Source: Psychrobacter sp. HD31 (lineage in GTDB: Bacteria; Pseudomonadota; Gammaproteobacteria; Pseudomonadales; Moraxellaceae). Taken from it: 32,000 bases of DNA. This document shows, one piece after another, positions 12,479 to 22,040 of the stretch. Both the position numbers and the translations under genes were made by a program. Every line of letters starts with the position of its first letter. The first letter of the stretch is position 1. Below the pieces are notes generated by a model, which saw only the letters and a program-made list of their open reading frames with translations, was not told the origin of the DNA and made no database searches. The stretch covers positions 1,260,001 through 1,292,000 of the forward strand of contig NZ_CP142525.1 in the NCBI RefSeq assembly GCF_051097895.1. The letters are read 5' to 3'.

Positions 12479-12885
12479 TGAGAGTCCTTTATAGAAGACG
12501 TGAAAATAATAATCAAAACTTAAGGCCAACACCCTATATTTTGAACCAATGTTATTAACAAACTTACTAATTAAAATGATAGTTTGTATCGTATGCGCTT
12601 CAAAAATGCTGGTTACGTGACTTATTTTTGTGTTTTCTGTTACAAAACTAATACAAAAAATATTTTGTAGCAAGCACAACAAAAGGCCAAACATCAAATT
12701 AATGTTTAGCCAAAAAAGTTAAACCGTCACAACAGCAAAGTTTGTAAGTGCATGGAATAAAGTCTATCCTTTAATCAAGTGTTATAATTAATTAAGTCAA
12801 AAAAAACCAAATAAGGAAAAACTCTATTTGGTAAGATATTTTACAGCAAATTACTAACACTTAAGGTTAAGAGGGAAATTATAGC

Positions 12886-12923
12886 AAAAAAAATCTGACT
12901 ATACAATAGCGCATAGCCAGATT
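12886..12923 (-). terminator. rplL-rpoB attenuator / partial terminator
   Basis: On the minus strand, 25 nt after the rplL stop: AATCTGGCTAT / ATAGTCAGATT, an 11-bp stem with one G-U pair and a 10-nt loop, followed by eight U. The position matches the known rplL-rpoB attenuator of enterobacteria. Confidence 0.65.
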
Positions 12924-12948
12924 TTATTAAAATGCGAATGTTAAGCTA

Positions 12949-13329
12949 TTATTTAAGCTCAACAGATGCACCAGCTTCTTCAAGCTGCTTCTTGATATCT
13001 TCAGCTTCAGCTTTAGCTGCGCCTTCTTTGATTGGAGAAGGAACACCTTCAACCAATTCTTTAGCTTCTTTAAGACCAAGACCAGTAACGCCACGTACTG
13101 CTTTAATAACAGCAACTTTTTTGTCGCCAAAGCTAGTTAGAACAACGTCAAATTCGTCTTTTTCAGCAGCAGCTTCACCAGCATCACCGCCTGCAGCAGC
13201 AGGAGCAGCAGCTACAGCAGCAGCAGCTGTAACACCAAATTTTTCTTCCATTTCGCTGATTAATTCAACGATGTCCATTACTGACATTTCAGCGATTGCG
13301 TTTAATACGTCTTCACGAGATAGTGACAT
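12949..13329 (-). CDS. rplL: 50S ribosomal protein L7/L12
   Basis: 126 aa with an Ala-rich hinge ([14 protein letters not shown]) and the conserved C-terminal domain ([24 protein letters not shown]). GGAGA Shine-Dalgarno. Confidence 0.97.
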   Translation of the reverse strand: MSLSREDVLNAIAEMSVMDIVELISEMEEKFGVTAAAAVAAAPAAAGGDAGEAAAEKDEFDVVLTSFGDKKVAVIKAVRGVTGLGLKEAKELVEGVPSPIKEGAAKAEAEDIKKQLEEAGASVELK

Positions 13330-13423
13330 AAGTGTCTCCGATTATTAAATAAATGTTGTATTCTTAAGATAAGATTTGTGTTAGTAAAATTCAATAACAG
13401 ATCTAATCTTAAATGATAAATGA

Positions 13424-13951
13424 TTAAGCAGCTTCTTTTGCGTCTTTTACTGCCGCTACTGTGCGAACAAACTTGCCTGGTACTTCTTTCATAGTACGTG
13501 CAAGCTTGGTCACTGGTGCTTTCATGGTCGCCATCAAGATAGCTAGAGCTTCGTCTCTTGTTGGTAGCTTAGCTACACGTTCAAGCTCTTCAGGACCAAA
13601 TGCTTCACCACCAACTGATACTATTTTGGCATCTAGTAGTTTGTGTTCTTTGTTAAAGTCTTTTACAACTCTAGCAGCAGAACCCAAATCTTCCATAGCA
13701 AATGCCAAGATTAGTGGACCAGTCAGACCGTCTGACATACACTCAAAGTCAGTGCCTTCAAAAGCGCGTTTTGCAAGTGAGTTTTTAACCACTTTTAAAA
13801 CAACGCCTTTTTCACGAGCAGCGCTACGAAGCTGAGTCATTTGACCAACTTCGATGCCGTGATATTCAGCAGCAACCGCTGAGTATGCGTTAGCAGCAAC
13901 TTCAGACACTTCAGCCACAACTTGTTTTTTCTGTTCTAGCGTTAATGCCAT
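13424..13951 (-). CDS. rplJ: 50S ribosomal protein L10
   Basis: 175 aa starting MALTLEQKKQVVAEV, located upstream of rplL. AAGGAG Shine-Dalgarno. Confidence 0.95.
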   Translation of the reverse strand: MALTLEQKKQVVAEVSEVAANAYSAVAAEYHGIEVGQMTQLRSAAREKGVVLKVVKNSLAKRAFEGTDFECMSDGLTGPLILAFAMEDLGSAARVVKDFNKEHKLLDAKIVSVGGEAFGPEELERVAKLPTRDEALAILMATMKAPVTKLARTMKEVPGKFVRTVAAVKDAKEAA

Positions 13952-14284
13952 TAGTTGACTCCTTAATCTCGTTTGGGATATTTAAAACAAATAAAATAAA
14001 CCAAACTTGACATAATACATTATCTAAATTGTGAACAAGTTAGATAACGACGAATACGGCACCAATATCAGACGACACGATAAATACACATTTAATACAA
14101 CACATAAAACGGTAATTGCTATGTCTAAACTGTTTTGGGTCACCGTCTGCGTAGGCTAATTTAAAATTTAGCTAATTAAAGTAATAACCAAATTAAACCA
14201 ATTAACGAGTTAATACTCTACCTACGGTCTTAGACAGCACAGCATTCACTGTGCTGACCTAAATTTTTAAAACTCTTAAATAAA
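13952..14284 (-). promoter_or_regulatory. rplA-rplJ spacer: probable rplJ promoter plus L10(L12)4 autoregulatory leader
   Basis: A 333-bp non-coding spacer in the position of the L10 leader. It has an 8-bp hairpin CAGCACAG/CTGTGCTG (14235-14256), a long-range CGTAGG (14150-14155) / CCTACG (14221-14226) pairing, and a GTTTGG...CCAAAC hairpin next to the Shine-Dalgarno. I cannot run a covariance model, so the assignment rests on position only. Confidence 0.35.
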
Positions 14285-14986
14285 TTATTTAGCAGTACGG
14301 TAAGGTACTGGATCAATTGCGATACCAGGTCCCATCGTGCTAGATAAAGTAATCTTTTTAATAAATATACCTTTAGCCGTTGCTGGTTTAGCACGCTTAA
14401 GGTCTGCCAATAAGGCAAGTGCGTTTTGCTCAATCTGCTCTACAGTAAAGCCAACTTGACCAATTGTCGTGTGGATAATACCAGCTTTGTCTACACGGTA
14501 TTGAGCTTGACCAGATTTAGCATTTGTAACTGCTTCTGCTACGTTTGGTGTTACCGTACCAACTTTAGGGTTTGGCATTAAACCACGTGGACCCAAAATT
14601 GTACCTAATTGACCAACCACACGCATCGCGTCTGGCGCAGCAATCACAACATCAAAGTCCATGTTGCCAGCTTTAATGCTTTCTGCTAGGTCTTCAAAAC
14701 CTACCACGTCAGCACCTGCTTCTTTAGCAGCTTCTGCAGCAGCACCTTGAGCAAATACAGCAACACGTTTAGTTTTACCAGTACCTGCTGGTAGGTTAGT
14801 TGCACCACGTACTACTTGGTCTGATTTACGTGGATCAACACCCAAGTTAATAGCAATATCAACTGACTCTTTAAACTTTGTTGCAGGAAGATCGTTAAGG
14901 ATAGTTACTGCTTCTTCAATTGTGTAAAGTTTTTCTGCTTCTACACGCTCAGCAATTACCTTTTGACGTTTTGTTAATTTAGCCAT
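14285..14986 (-). CDS. rplA: 50S ribosomal protein L1
   Basis: 233 aa, MAKLTKRQK...[14 protein letters not shown]. Its ATG overlaps the rplK stop by 1 nt (TAATG). Confidence 0.97.
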   Translation of the reverse strand: MAKLTKRQKVIAERVEAEKLYTIEEAVTILNDLPATKFKESVDIAINLGVDPRKSDQVVRGATNLPAGTGKTKRVAVFAQGAAAEAAKEAGADVVGFEDLAESIKAGNMDFDVVIAAPDAMRVVGQLGTILGPRGLMPNPKVGTVTPNVAEAVTNAKSGQAQYRVDKAGIIHTTIGQVGFTVEQIEQNALALLADLKRAKPATAKGIFIKKITLSSTMGPGIAIDPVPYRTAK

Positions 14987-15417
14987 TATAGATCCTCCAC
15001 ATCAATACCCATAGAACGGGCAGTACCAGCAATAGTACGTACAGCAGCGTCCATATCAGCAGCTGTTAAGTCTTTTTCTTTTTGCTTAACAATCTCTTCT
15101 AATTGAGCGCGTGTCACTGTTGCAACTTTTTTAGTATTTGGCTCGCCAGAACCTTTTGCAATACCTGCTGCTTTACGTAGTAAGAATGCCGCTGGTGGCG
15201 ACTTCATGATAAATGTAAAAGATTTATCATTATAAACAGTGATTTCTGTTGGAATTGGCAAACCTGGTTCCATGCCGCCTGTTGCAGCGTTGAACTCTTT
15301 ACAGAATGCCATAATGTTTACACCTTGTTGACCTAGTGCTGGACCGATCGGGGGTGAAGGACTCGCCTTGCCTGCTGGGACTTGTAGTTTGATGTAGCCA
15401 TCAATCTTCTTAGCCAT
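14986..15417 (-). CDS. rplK: 50S ribosomal protein L11
   Basis: The conserved start [18 protein letters not shown] is at the ATG at 15417 (residue 15 of the tracked ORF), giving 143 aa. AAGGAG Shine-Dalgarno. Confidence 0.97.
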   Translation of the reverse strand: MAKKIDGYIKLQVPAGKASPSPPIGPALGQQGVNIMAFCKEFNAATGGMEPGLPIPTEITVYNDKSFTFIMKSPPAAFLLRKAAGIAKGSGEPNTKKVATVTRAQLEEIVKQKEKDLTAADMDAAVRTIAGTARSMGIDVEDL

Positions 15418-15539
15418 TTTTTGCTCCTTATGGGTAATAACGCCTATTAAGCTCCCCAATGGTAGTTAAAGCCAAGTTTTAAAGCTAAATTATTGTATTT
15501 GCTTTATAAAACTCAACTACTTTAAAAATTAAAGGGCGT

Positions 15540-15568
15540 ATTTTACTCGCCTTTATAAAAAAAAGCAA
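15540..15568 (-). promoter_or_regulatory. Candidate sigma70 promoter for rplKA
   Basis: Minus strand: TTGCTT (15563-15568), 17-nt spacer, TAAAAT (15540-15545). This leaves a leader of about 115 nt before rplK, where the L1 operator would be expected. Confidence 0.45.
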
Positions 15569-15590
15569 ATATATTGTTAATTGTTTTATA

Positions 15591-15625
15591 AATAAAAAAG
15601 CTGAGACACTTTCTTCCCAGCTTTT
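15591..15625 (-). terminator. Terminator / attenuator after nusG
   Basis: Minus strand: AGCTGGGA / TCTCAGCT, an 8-bp stem with one G-U pair and an 8-nt loop, followed by UUUUUUAUU. It starts about 35 nt after the nusG stop. Confidence 0.6.
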
Positions 15626-15658
15626 AAATATTTAAATAATCTTTCGGTTTGATCAAAC

Positions 15659-16192
15659 TTAATCAGATTTTTCTACCTGACTAAATTCTAACTCAACTGG
15701 GGTTGGTCTGTTAAATACTTCAACTGTCAACTGTAGCTTAGATTTCTCATAATCTACTTTTTCGACCATACCTTTAAAGTCAACAAACGCACCTTCAGTA
15801 ATAAGGACTTCTTCACCTGGTTCAAATAAAGTTTTAGGACGAGGTGCAGACTCTCCACCTTGGTTAAGTCTGTTTAAGATGCGATCCGCTTCTAGTTGTG
15901 AAATAGGTGCTGGACTGTCTGATGTGCCGCCAATAAAGCCCATGGTGTTTGGACATTCATTAACGATATGCCATGTGTCATCATTCATTTCCATTTCAAT
16001 TAACACATATCCAGGGAAAAACTTGCGCTCTGTTTTGCGCTTTTTGCCATCCTTCATTTCGATGACTTCTTCAACCGGTACTAAGACTTGACCAAAGCTT
16101 TCGGCATAGTCACTACGGTTGATGCGTTCAATCAGTGAACGCTGCACTTGTTTTTCATAACCCGAAAACGCCTGAATAATATACCAACGCAT
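15659..16192 (-). CDS. nusG: Transcription termination/antitermination factor NusG
   Basis: 177 aa, [15 protein letters not shown]...[10 protein letters not shown]...KTLFEPGE...[11 protein letters not shown], colinear with NusG (NGN plus KOW). AGGAG Shine-Dalgarno. Confidence 0.96.
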   Translation of the reverse strand: MRWYIIQAFSGYEKQVQRSLIERINRSDYAESFGQVLVPVEEVIEMKDGKKRKTERKFFPGYVLIEMEMNDDTWHIVNECPNTMGFIGGTSDSPAPISQLEADRILNRLNQGGESAPRPKTLFEPGEEVLITEGAFVDFKGMVEKVDYEKSKLQLTVEVFNRPTPVELEFSQVEKSD

Positions 16193-16231
16193 CTTATAGC
16201 TCCTGTTATTTAAAAAGGTTGTGCAATTATA

Positions 16232-16708
16232 TTAACCGCCAATTAAGATACGCATTACTTGGTTAAACAGCATATCTAAAACCCAAATTAATGTACCAAG
16301 TAATATAGTACCTAATATCGAAAGCCACGTCCATTTTAGGGTTTCATTCTTTGTTGGCCATGTCACACGACGTAACTCTACGCCTGAGTCTGACAATAAG
16401 GTTTTAAAAGCACGACCCTGATTTGTTAACGCTAAGCAAACGATTGCAAAAACAATCAAACCAATAATAATGGCCAAACGCACCCAAATATCATTAGCTG
16501 GCTGCCAATACCCTGGTAAATATGAATTAACCAATGTTGATGCTATTAAAGCAACCATGGCAAGCGCCCATAAAACCATATCTTTTACAGATTTAGTTTT
16601 AGCCACTTCAATTGCTGTTTCTTGCTTTTTACTAACGGCTTTTGAAGATTGTTCAGTCACTTTGGCATTAGATAACTTATCTAGTTTGTTATCTTGACTA
16701 TTACTCAT
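16232..16708 (-). CDS. secE: Preprotein translocase subunit SecE
   Basis: The start is taken at ATG 16708 (MSNSQDNK...), because the longer tracked ORF runs through the tRNA-Trp gene and its promoter. 158 aa with three hydrophobic segments and a SecE-like C-terminus (ELRRVTWPTKNET), in the conserved position before nusG. Confidence 0.85.
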   Translation of the reverse strand: MSNSQDNKLDKLSNAKVTEQSSKAVSKKQETAIEVAKTKSVKDMVLWALAMVALIASTLVNSYLPGYWQPANDIWVRLAIIIGLIVFAIVCLALTNQGRAFKTLLSDSGVELRRVTWPTKNETLKWTWLSILGTILLGTLIWVLDMLFNQVMRILIGG

Positions 16709-16752
16709 AAAAACGCCTTGGAAATAAAGACAAAGTACAGAAATGAAAAAGA

Positions 16753-16828
16753 TGGCAGGCGATGTAGGACTCGAACCTACAACCCTCGGTTTTGGAGACC
16801 GATGCTCTACCAATTGAGCCAATCGCCT
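16753..16828 (-). tRNA. trpT: tRNA-Trp (anticodon CCA)
   Basis: The reverse complement reads AGGCGATTGGCTCAATTGGTAGAGCATCGGTCTCCAAAACCGAGGGTTGTAGGTTCGAGTCCTACATCGCCTGCCA. This gives a 7-bp acceptor stem, anticodon loop CU-CCA-AA, a TTCGAGT T-loop and an encoded CCA end. Confidence 0.93.
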
Positions 16829-16847
16829 ATGGGTGTTAAGGCTGATA

Positions 16848-16875
16848 ATTATACAATATATTTTTTTTGTTGCAA
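16848..16875 (-). promoter_or_regulatory. Strong candidate sigma70 promoter for tRNA-Trp-secE-nusG
   Basis: Minus strand: TTGCAA (16870-16875), 16-nt A/T-rich spacer, consensus TATAAT (16848-16853). The predicted start is about 13 nt before the tRNA 5' end. Confidence 0.6.
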
Positions 16876-16891
16876 GCATTTTTTAGATTAA

Positions 16892-16923
16892 ATAAAAAAG
16901 ACCGCCTCAAAAGAAGCGGTCTT
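16892..16923 (-). terminator. Rho-independent terminator after tuf
   Basis: Minus strand: AAGACCGC / GCGGTCTT 8-bp stem, 10-nt loop, followed by UUUUUAUUU. Confidence 0.7.
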
Positions 16924-16981
16924 CCATTATTTAAACAAAAGTTACTAGAACTTAAGCTTAAATATAAGGCTTAATTAGATA

Positions 16982-18172
16982 TTAACCCTTAACGTTTGCA
17001 ACAACACCAGCACCTACAGTACGGCCACCTTCACGGATAGCGAAACGTAGACCTTTGTCCATTGCGATTGGGTGAATTAGCTCAACGCTCATTTCAACGT
17101 TGTCACCAGGCATACACATTTCTGTACCTTCTTGTAATTGGATTGCACCAGTTACGTCAGTTGTACGGAAGTAGAACTGTGGACGGTAACCATTTAGGAA
17201 TGGTGTGTGACGACCACCTTCTTCTTTTGATAGTACGTATACTTCTGCGTCGAAGTTGGTGTGTGGTGTGATTGAACCTGGCTTAGCTAGTACTTGACCA
17301 CGTTGTACTTCTTCACGTTTGGTACCACGTAGTAGTACGCCACAGTTCTCGCCTGCACGACCTTCGTCTAGTAGTTTGCGGAACATTTCAACACCGGTAC
17401 AGGTTGTTGTTTGTGTGTCTTTGATACCAACGATTTCGATTTCGTCACCTACGGTGATGATACCTGATTCTACACGACCGGTAACAACTGTACCACGACC
17501 TGAAATTGAGAATACGTCTTCAATCGGCATTAGGAAGTCTAGGTCGATTGCACGTTCTGGTTCTGGGATGTAGCTGTCTAGGGTGTTTAGTAGTTCTACT
17601 ACTGCTGGTTCGCCGTATTTGTCTTCGCTACCGTTTAGTGCTTCTAAGGCTGAACCTGCGATGATTGGTGTGTCGTCGCCTGGGAAGTCGTAGTCGCTTA
17701 GTAGTTCACGGATTTCCATTTCTACTAGTTCTAGTAGTTCTTCGTCGTCTACCATGTCACATTTGTTCATGAATACCATGATGTATGGTACGCCTACCTG
17801 ACGTGATAGTAGGATGTGCTCACGTGTTTGTGGCATAGGACCATCAGTTGCTGATACAACTAGAATCGCGCCGTCCATCTGTGCTGCACCTGTGATCATG
17901 TTTTTAACATAGTCAGCGTGTCCTGGGCAGTCTACGTGTGCGTAGTGACGGTCTGTGGTGTCATATTCGATGTGTGAGGTGTTGATAGTAATACCACGTG
18001 CTTTTTCTTCTGGTGCGTTGTCAATTGCTGCGTAGTCTTTTGCTTCGCCACCAAAGTGCTTAGCTGCTACGGTTGCGATTGCCGCTGTTAGTGTGGTTTT
18101 ACCGTGGTCAACGTGTCCAATTGTACCTACGTTTACGTGCGGTTTCGTGCGTTCAAACTTCTCTTTTGCCAT
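16982..18172 (-). CDS. tuf: Elongation factor Tu
   Basis: 396 aa, [28 protein letters not shown]...DCPGHADY...NKCD. GAGGAG Shine-Dalgarno and strong highly-expressed-gene codon bias. Confidence 0.98.
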   Translation of the reverse strand: MAKEKFERTKPHVNVGTIGHVDHGKTTLTAAIATVAAKHFGGEAKDYAAIDNAPEEKARGITINTSHIEYDTTDRHYAHVDCPGHADYVKNMITGAAQMDGAILVVSATDGPMPQTREHILLSRQVGVPYIMVFMNKCDMVDDEELLELVEMEIRELLSDYDFPGDDTPIIAGSALEALNGSEDKYGEPAVVELLNTLDSYIPEPERAIDLDFLMPIEDVFSISGRGTVVTGRVESGIITVGDEIEIVGIKDTQTTTCTGVEMFRKLLDEGRAGENCGVLLRGTKREEVQRGQVLAKPGSITPHTNFDAEVYVLSKEEGGRHTPFLNGYRPQFYFRTTDVTGAIQLQEGTEMCMPGDNVEMSVELIHPIAMDKGLRFAIREGGRTVGAGVVANVKG

Positions 18173-18290
18173 GGGTGGCTCCTCGTTTCTATTAGTGCTT
18201 ATTTGGCTAAATTACCAAAAAAGCAGAGATTAATAATCTGTTGTTATATCAAAAAAAATTGATAGTTAAAATTTTTTCGGATTGTATCCT

Positions 18291-18335
18291 AAAAAATCAT
18301 CAATGACAAGAGGACGCTCTTATCATTGATTTTTT
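18291..18335 (-). terminator. Terminator-like bidirectional hairpin between fusA and tuf
   Basis: ATCAATGACAAGAG (18299-18312) / CTCTTATCATTGAT (18317-18330): a 14-bp stem with one mismatch and a 4-nt loop. It has an A6 run on the left and a T5 run on the right. On the minus strand it is followed by GAUUUUUU. Confidence 0.55.
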
Positions 18336-18354
18336 ATGTTGTTATATGATGACC

Positions 18355-20478
18355 TTACTCGTCATCTTTAGCAGTAAAGCCTTTCATGATCTCTTCAGCA
18401 ACACTCTTAGGTGTTTCAGCATACTTTTGGAATTCCATTGAGTATGTTGCACGACCTTGAGACATAGAGCGAAGACCTGTTGCATAACCAAACATTTCTG
18501 CTAATGGTACTTCTGCACGGATTTGCTTAGTGCCGCCAGGTAAGTCTTCCATACCTTGAACCAAGCCACGACGCTGGTTTAGGTTACCCATGATGTCACC
18601 CATGTATTCTTCAGGTGTTTCTACTTCTACCTTCATAACAGGTTCTAGTAGTGCTGGGTTAGCTTGCATGAAGCCCTTACGGAATGCCATAGAGCCAGCC
18701 ATCTTGAACGACAACTCATCCGAGTCAACATCGTGGTATGAACCATCATACAATGTCGCTTTAACACCAACTACTGGGTAGCCAGCTAGTACACCATTCG
18801 CCATACGCTCTTGGATACCTTTATCAACGGCACCATGGTATTCTTGAGGTACTGTACCACCTTTAATTTCTTCTTCAAAGATGTATTCTTCTTCAGCTTC
18901 TGGATCAAGTGGCTCAAGACGTAACCAAACGTGACCGAATTTACCACGACCACCAGTCTGTTTCGCAAACTTGCCTTCAACTTCTACAGTTTCACGTAGC
19001 GTCTCACGGTATGCAACTTGAGGTGCACCAATGTTAGCGTCAACATTGAATTCACGCTTCATACGATCAACCAAGATCTCAAGGTGAAGCTCACCCATAC
19101 CAGAGATAATTGTTTGACCTGATTCTTCATCAGTATGTACACGGAATGATGGATCTTCTTTAGCTAGACGGTTTAATGCGATTGACATTTTTTCTTGGTC
19201 AGCTTTTGTCTTAGGCTCAACAGCTAGAGAAATAACTGGATCTGGGAATTCCATACGCTCAAGTGTAATCACATTATCTTCAGCACATAGTGTATCACCA
19301 GTTGTTACATCTTTTAGACCTACTAGCGCAACAATGTCACCAGCACGTACTTCATCAACTTCGTTTTGTGAATCAGCATGCATTTCAACGATACGACCAA
19401 TACGCTCACGCTTCATCTTAACTGGGTTATAAACACTTTCACCTTGCTTAAGTACACCAGAGTAAACACGTACGAACGTTAGGTTACCAACGTATTTATC
19501 GTTCATGATTTTAAATGCTAGTGCTGCAAATGGCTCGTCATCCGAAGCTTTACGCTCACCTTCTGACTCATCTTTGTCATCAAGAATACCTTTAATTGCA
19601 GGTACATCTTGAGGTGCTGGTAAATATTCGATAACTGCGTCAAGCATTTTTTGAACACCTTTGTTCTTAAATGCCGTACCACATAACATTGGGATGATTT
19701 CGCCACCGATAGTGCGATCACGCAATGCTTTGTTAATTTGATCTGCAGTCAAGTCACCATTTTCTAGGTACTCGTCCATCAACTCTTCAGTTGCTTCTGC
19801 AGCAGCTTCTACCATCATTTCACGGTATTCGTCTGCTTGGTCTTGCAATTCAGCTGGGATATCTTTCTCTTCGTATTTCATACCTTGAGATTCTGTGTCC
19901 CAGTAAATAGCCTTCATGCTGATAAGGTCAACAACCCCTTCAAACCCATCTTCTTTACCAATTGGAATAACTACTGGTACTGGGTTACCGCCTAGACGCT
20001 CTTTAACTTGTTCTACAACGCGGAAGAAGTCTGCACCAACACGGTCCATTTTGTTAACGAAAGCAAGACGAGGTACGCCGTACTTATCAGCCTGACGCCA
20101 TACAGTTTCTGACTGAGGCTGAACACCACCTACCGCACAGTAAACCATACATGCACCATCAAGTACACGCATAGAACGTTCTACTTCAATCGTGAAGTCA
20201 ACGTGTCCCGGGGTGTCAATAATGTTGATACGGTGTTCATCATATTGGTTGCCCATGCCTTTCCAAAAACAAGTGGTAGCAGCTGAAGTAATGGTAATAC
20301 CACGCTCCTGCTCTTGTTCCATCCAGTCCATAGTTGCAGCGCCATCATGCACTTCACCAATTTTGTGGCTTTGACCAGTGTAGTATAGGATACGCTCAGT
20401 TGTTGTCGTCTTACCTGCATCAATGTGCGCAGAAATACCGATATTACGGTATAGATTTAGAGGGGTTTTACGAGCCAT
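18355..20478 (-). CDS. fusA: Elongation factor G
   Basis: 707 aa, [31 protein letters not shown]...DTPGHVDF...NKMD, colinear with EF-G. Confidence 0.98.
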   Translation of the reverse strand: MARKTPLNLYRNIGISAHIDAGKTTTTERILYYTGQSHKIGEVHDGAATMDWMEQEQERGITITSAATTCFWKGMGNQYDEHRINIIDTPGHVDFTIEVERSMRVLDGACMVYCAVGGVQPQSETVWRQADKYGVPRLAFVNKMDRVGADFFRVVEQVKERLGGNPVPVVIPIGKEDGFEGVVDLISMKAIYWDTESQGMKYEEKDIPAELQDQADEYREMMVEAAAEATEELMDEYLENGDLTADQINKALRDRTIGGEIIPMLCGTAFKNKGVQKMLDAVIEYLPAPQDVPAIKGILDDKDESEGERKASDDEPFAALAFKIMNDKYVGNLTFVRVYSGVLKQGESVYNPVKMKRERIGRIVEMHADSQNEVDEVRAGDIVALVGLKDVTTGDTLCAEDNVITLERMEFPDPVISLAVEPKTKADQEKMSIALNRLAKEDPSFRVHTDEESGQTIISGMGELHLEILVDRMKREFNVDANIGAPQVAYRETLRETVEVEGKFAKQTGGRGKFGHVWLRLEPLDPEAEEEYIFEEEIKGGTVPQEYHGAVDKGIQERMANGVLAGYPVVGVKATLYDGSYHDVDSDELSFKMAGSMAFRKGFMQANPALLEPVMKVEVETPEEYMGDIMGNLNQRRGLVQGMEDLPGGTKQIRAEVPLAEMFGYATGLRSMSQGRATYSMEFQKYAETPKSVAEEIMKGFTAKDDE

Positions 20479-20683
20479 AATGAATTCCTAAGGAAGTCGT
20501 TTATATTAATTTATATTATTTCTTTATTAACTGCCTGATTTTTCAGACTTATAATATAGACAATAAAGGTCAGATAGTATCGTGCTGCTATGACAGTTTT
20601 ATGACTATGTAATTAAACAGTTATCGCCAAATAAATAACAACACCATATGTTACAAAAACAATTCTTAAACAAAATATATTTA

Positions 20684-20712
20684 GTCGACTTACTAACAGC
20701 TAGTAAGTCGAC
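20684..20712 (-). other. Perfect 12-bp stem-loop immediately after rpsG
   Basis: GTCGACTTACTA (20684-20695) / TAGTAAGTCGAC (20701-20712), 5-nt loop, 8 nt downstream of the rpsG stop. On the minus strand the downstream sequence is UAAAUAUAUUUUGUUU, which is U-rich but not an immediate U tract. Confidence 0.5.
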
Positions 20713-20719
20713 CAATAAA

Positions 20720-21193
20720 TTAGAAGCGGAAGTGAGAGAACGCTTTGTTAGCGTCTGCCATACGGTGAACTTCGTCACGCTTCTTCATTGCATTGCCTTT
20801 ACCTTCTGCGGCATCAGCAAGTTCGCCAGCTAGGCGTTGTACCATAGTTTTTTCTGAACGTTTTTTAGCAGCTTCTACTAACCAACGCATTGCTAGAGCA
20901 GTACGACGGGATGGGCGTACTTCCATAGGAACTTGGTATGTTGCACCACCAACACGGCGAGATTTAACCTCAACCATTGGGCGAACGTTTTCTAGTACAT
21001 CTTCAAAAAAAGCAACTGGATCTTCTACTTCTTTTTTAGCTTGAACTTGATCAAGCGCACCATAAACAATTTTTTCTGCAATTGATTTTTTACCATCAAC
21101 CATTACTTGGTTAATGAATTTTGCTAATGTTTGGCTACCAAACTTAGGATCTGGAAGGATCTCACGGGCAGCGATGACGCGACGTCTTGGCAT
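20720..21193 (-). CDS. rpsG: 30S ribosomal protein S7
   Basis: The conserved start [18 protein letters not shown] is at ATG 21193 (residue 12 of the tracked ORF), giving 157 aa. AAGGAA Shine-Dalgarno. Confidence 0.97.
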   Translation of the reverse strand: MPRRRVIAAREILPDPKFGSQTLAKFINQVMVDGKKSIAEKIVYGALDQVQAKKEVEDPVAFFEDVLENVRPMVEVKSRRVGGATYQVPMEVRPSRRTALAMRWLVEAAKKRSEKTMVQRLAGELADAAEGKGNAMKKRDEVHRMADANKAFSHFRF

Positions 21194-21387
21194 AATAATT
21201 TCCTTTTCTTCAGGATTGTCTGGCATTCATAACAGTGTCAATATTGAGTATGTTATCAGCCAGCCTTACTGCATAGTGGTATGTTTATCTTTTGTTTAAA
21301 AAACGTTTATTAAGTTAAACACCTTGCCTATGCATAGTATATTTAAAAAATAAAAACTTAAAAGCTGGATTACAGCTATATTAAGAT

Positions 21388-21762
21388 TTATGACTTAGGC
21401 TTTTTAGCACCGTACTTAGAACGACCTTGTTTACGGTCTTTAACACCTGCAAGGTCAAGTGAGCCACGGACTGTGTGATAACGTACACCTGGTAAGTCTT
21501 TAACACGACCACCACGGATTAGTACAACACTGTGCTCTTGAAGGTTGTGACCTTCACCACCGATGTAGCTTGAAACTTCAAAACCAGAAGTTAAGCGAAC
21601 ACGGCATACTTTACGCATTGCTGAGTTAGGTTTTTTTGGCGTAGTTGTGTAAACACGAGTACACACACCACGGCGCTGAGGGCAAGCTTGTAACGCTGGT
21701 ACGTTAGTCTTGTCCTTAATGGTCTTACGACCTTTGCGGATAAGTTGGTTAGTTGTTGCCAT
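21388..21762 (-). CDS. rpsL: 30S ribosomal protein S12
   Basis: 124 aa, [12 protein letters not shown]...[12 protein letters not shown]...[14 protein letters not shown]. The K43 and K88 equivalents are intact (streptomycin-sensitive type). GGGAGA Shine-Dalgarno. Confidence 0.98.
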   Translation of the reverse strand: MATTNQLIRKGRKTIKDKTNVPALQACPQRRGVCTRVYTTTPKKPNSAMRKVCRVRLTSGFEVSSYIGGEGHNLQEHSVVLIRGGRVKDLPGVRYHTVRGSLDLAGVKDRKQGRSKYGAKKPKS

Positions 21763-21866
21763 TAGGCATTTCTCCCGTTTAGTGAAACAAAAAAATGATG
21801 CTTAACTGTTGATTTCGCTAACAAAAGCAAGTAAAACCTACTGTTAACCCATTTTTAGGACACTAT

Positions 21867-21895
21867 ATTCTATATGAGAAGTCAAAAATTGGCAA
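21867..21895 (-). promoter_or_regulatory. Candidate sigma70 promoter for the rpsL-rpsG(-fusA-tuf) operon
   Basis: Minus strand: TTGCCA (21890-21895), 17-nt spacer, TAGAAT (21867-21872). The leader is about 100 nt. Confidence 0.4.
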
Positions 21896-22000
21896 GGGTT
21901 TTTATAGGGGTATTGGGGAAGAATTTATATAGTAAAATACAATTAGAATGCAGCAGTAAATAGTCTATAGTTTAGGACGTGACATTTATGATACATACTT

Positions 22001-22040
22001 CTTATTAGCATCACATTAATCTTATTAGCATCACATTAAT
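22001..22040. repeat. Exact 20-bp tandem duplication (2 copies)
   Basis: CTTATTAGCATCACATTAAT occurs at 22001-22020 and again at 22021-22040 with no mismatch. The second copy contains the last codons and the TGA stop of the DUF1294 gene. Confidence 0.95.

Noticed and set aside
8376-12558. Short ORFs on both strands within rpoB (8376-8564, 8542-8736, 9603-9833, 10438-10710, 10965-11288, 11454-11762, 12172-12375, 12337-12558).
   Set aside because: They are antisense or out of frame relative to rpoB, low in complexity, and lack translation signals.
12479-12697. A 73-codon N-terminal extension of rpoB in the ORF track ([10 protein letters not shown]...).
   Set aside because: The universally conserved RpoB N-terminus [13 protein letters not shown] begins at 12478. 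The extension is just an open frame in the AT-rich leader and runs into the leader hairpin.
12932-13348. A 138-aa plus-strand ORF that is longer than rplL and fully overlaps it.
   Set aside because: It is the antisense reading of the Ala/Glu/Lys-rich L7/L12 gene (an Ala/Ser/Pro low-complexity product). rplL on the minus strand has the Shine-Dalgarno, the conserved domains and the expected operon position.
16709-16879. A 57-codon N-terminal extension of secE.
   Set aside because: It translates straight through the tRNA-Trp gene (16753-16828) and its promoter, so the real start is ATG 16708.
16982-18172. The strikingly different look of the tuf sequence (G/T-rich on the plus strand, CTA-dominated Leu codons) raised the possibility of foreign origin.
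   Set aside because: The same codon preferences (CTA/CTT Leu, CGT Arg, GGT Gly, GTA/GTT Val) appear in fusA and the ribosomal protein genes. This is consistent with highly-expressed-gene bias and not with horizontal transfer.
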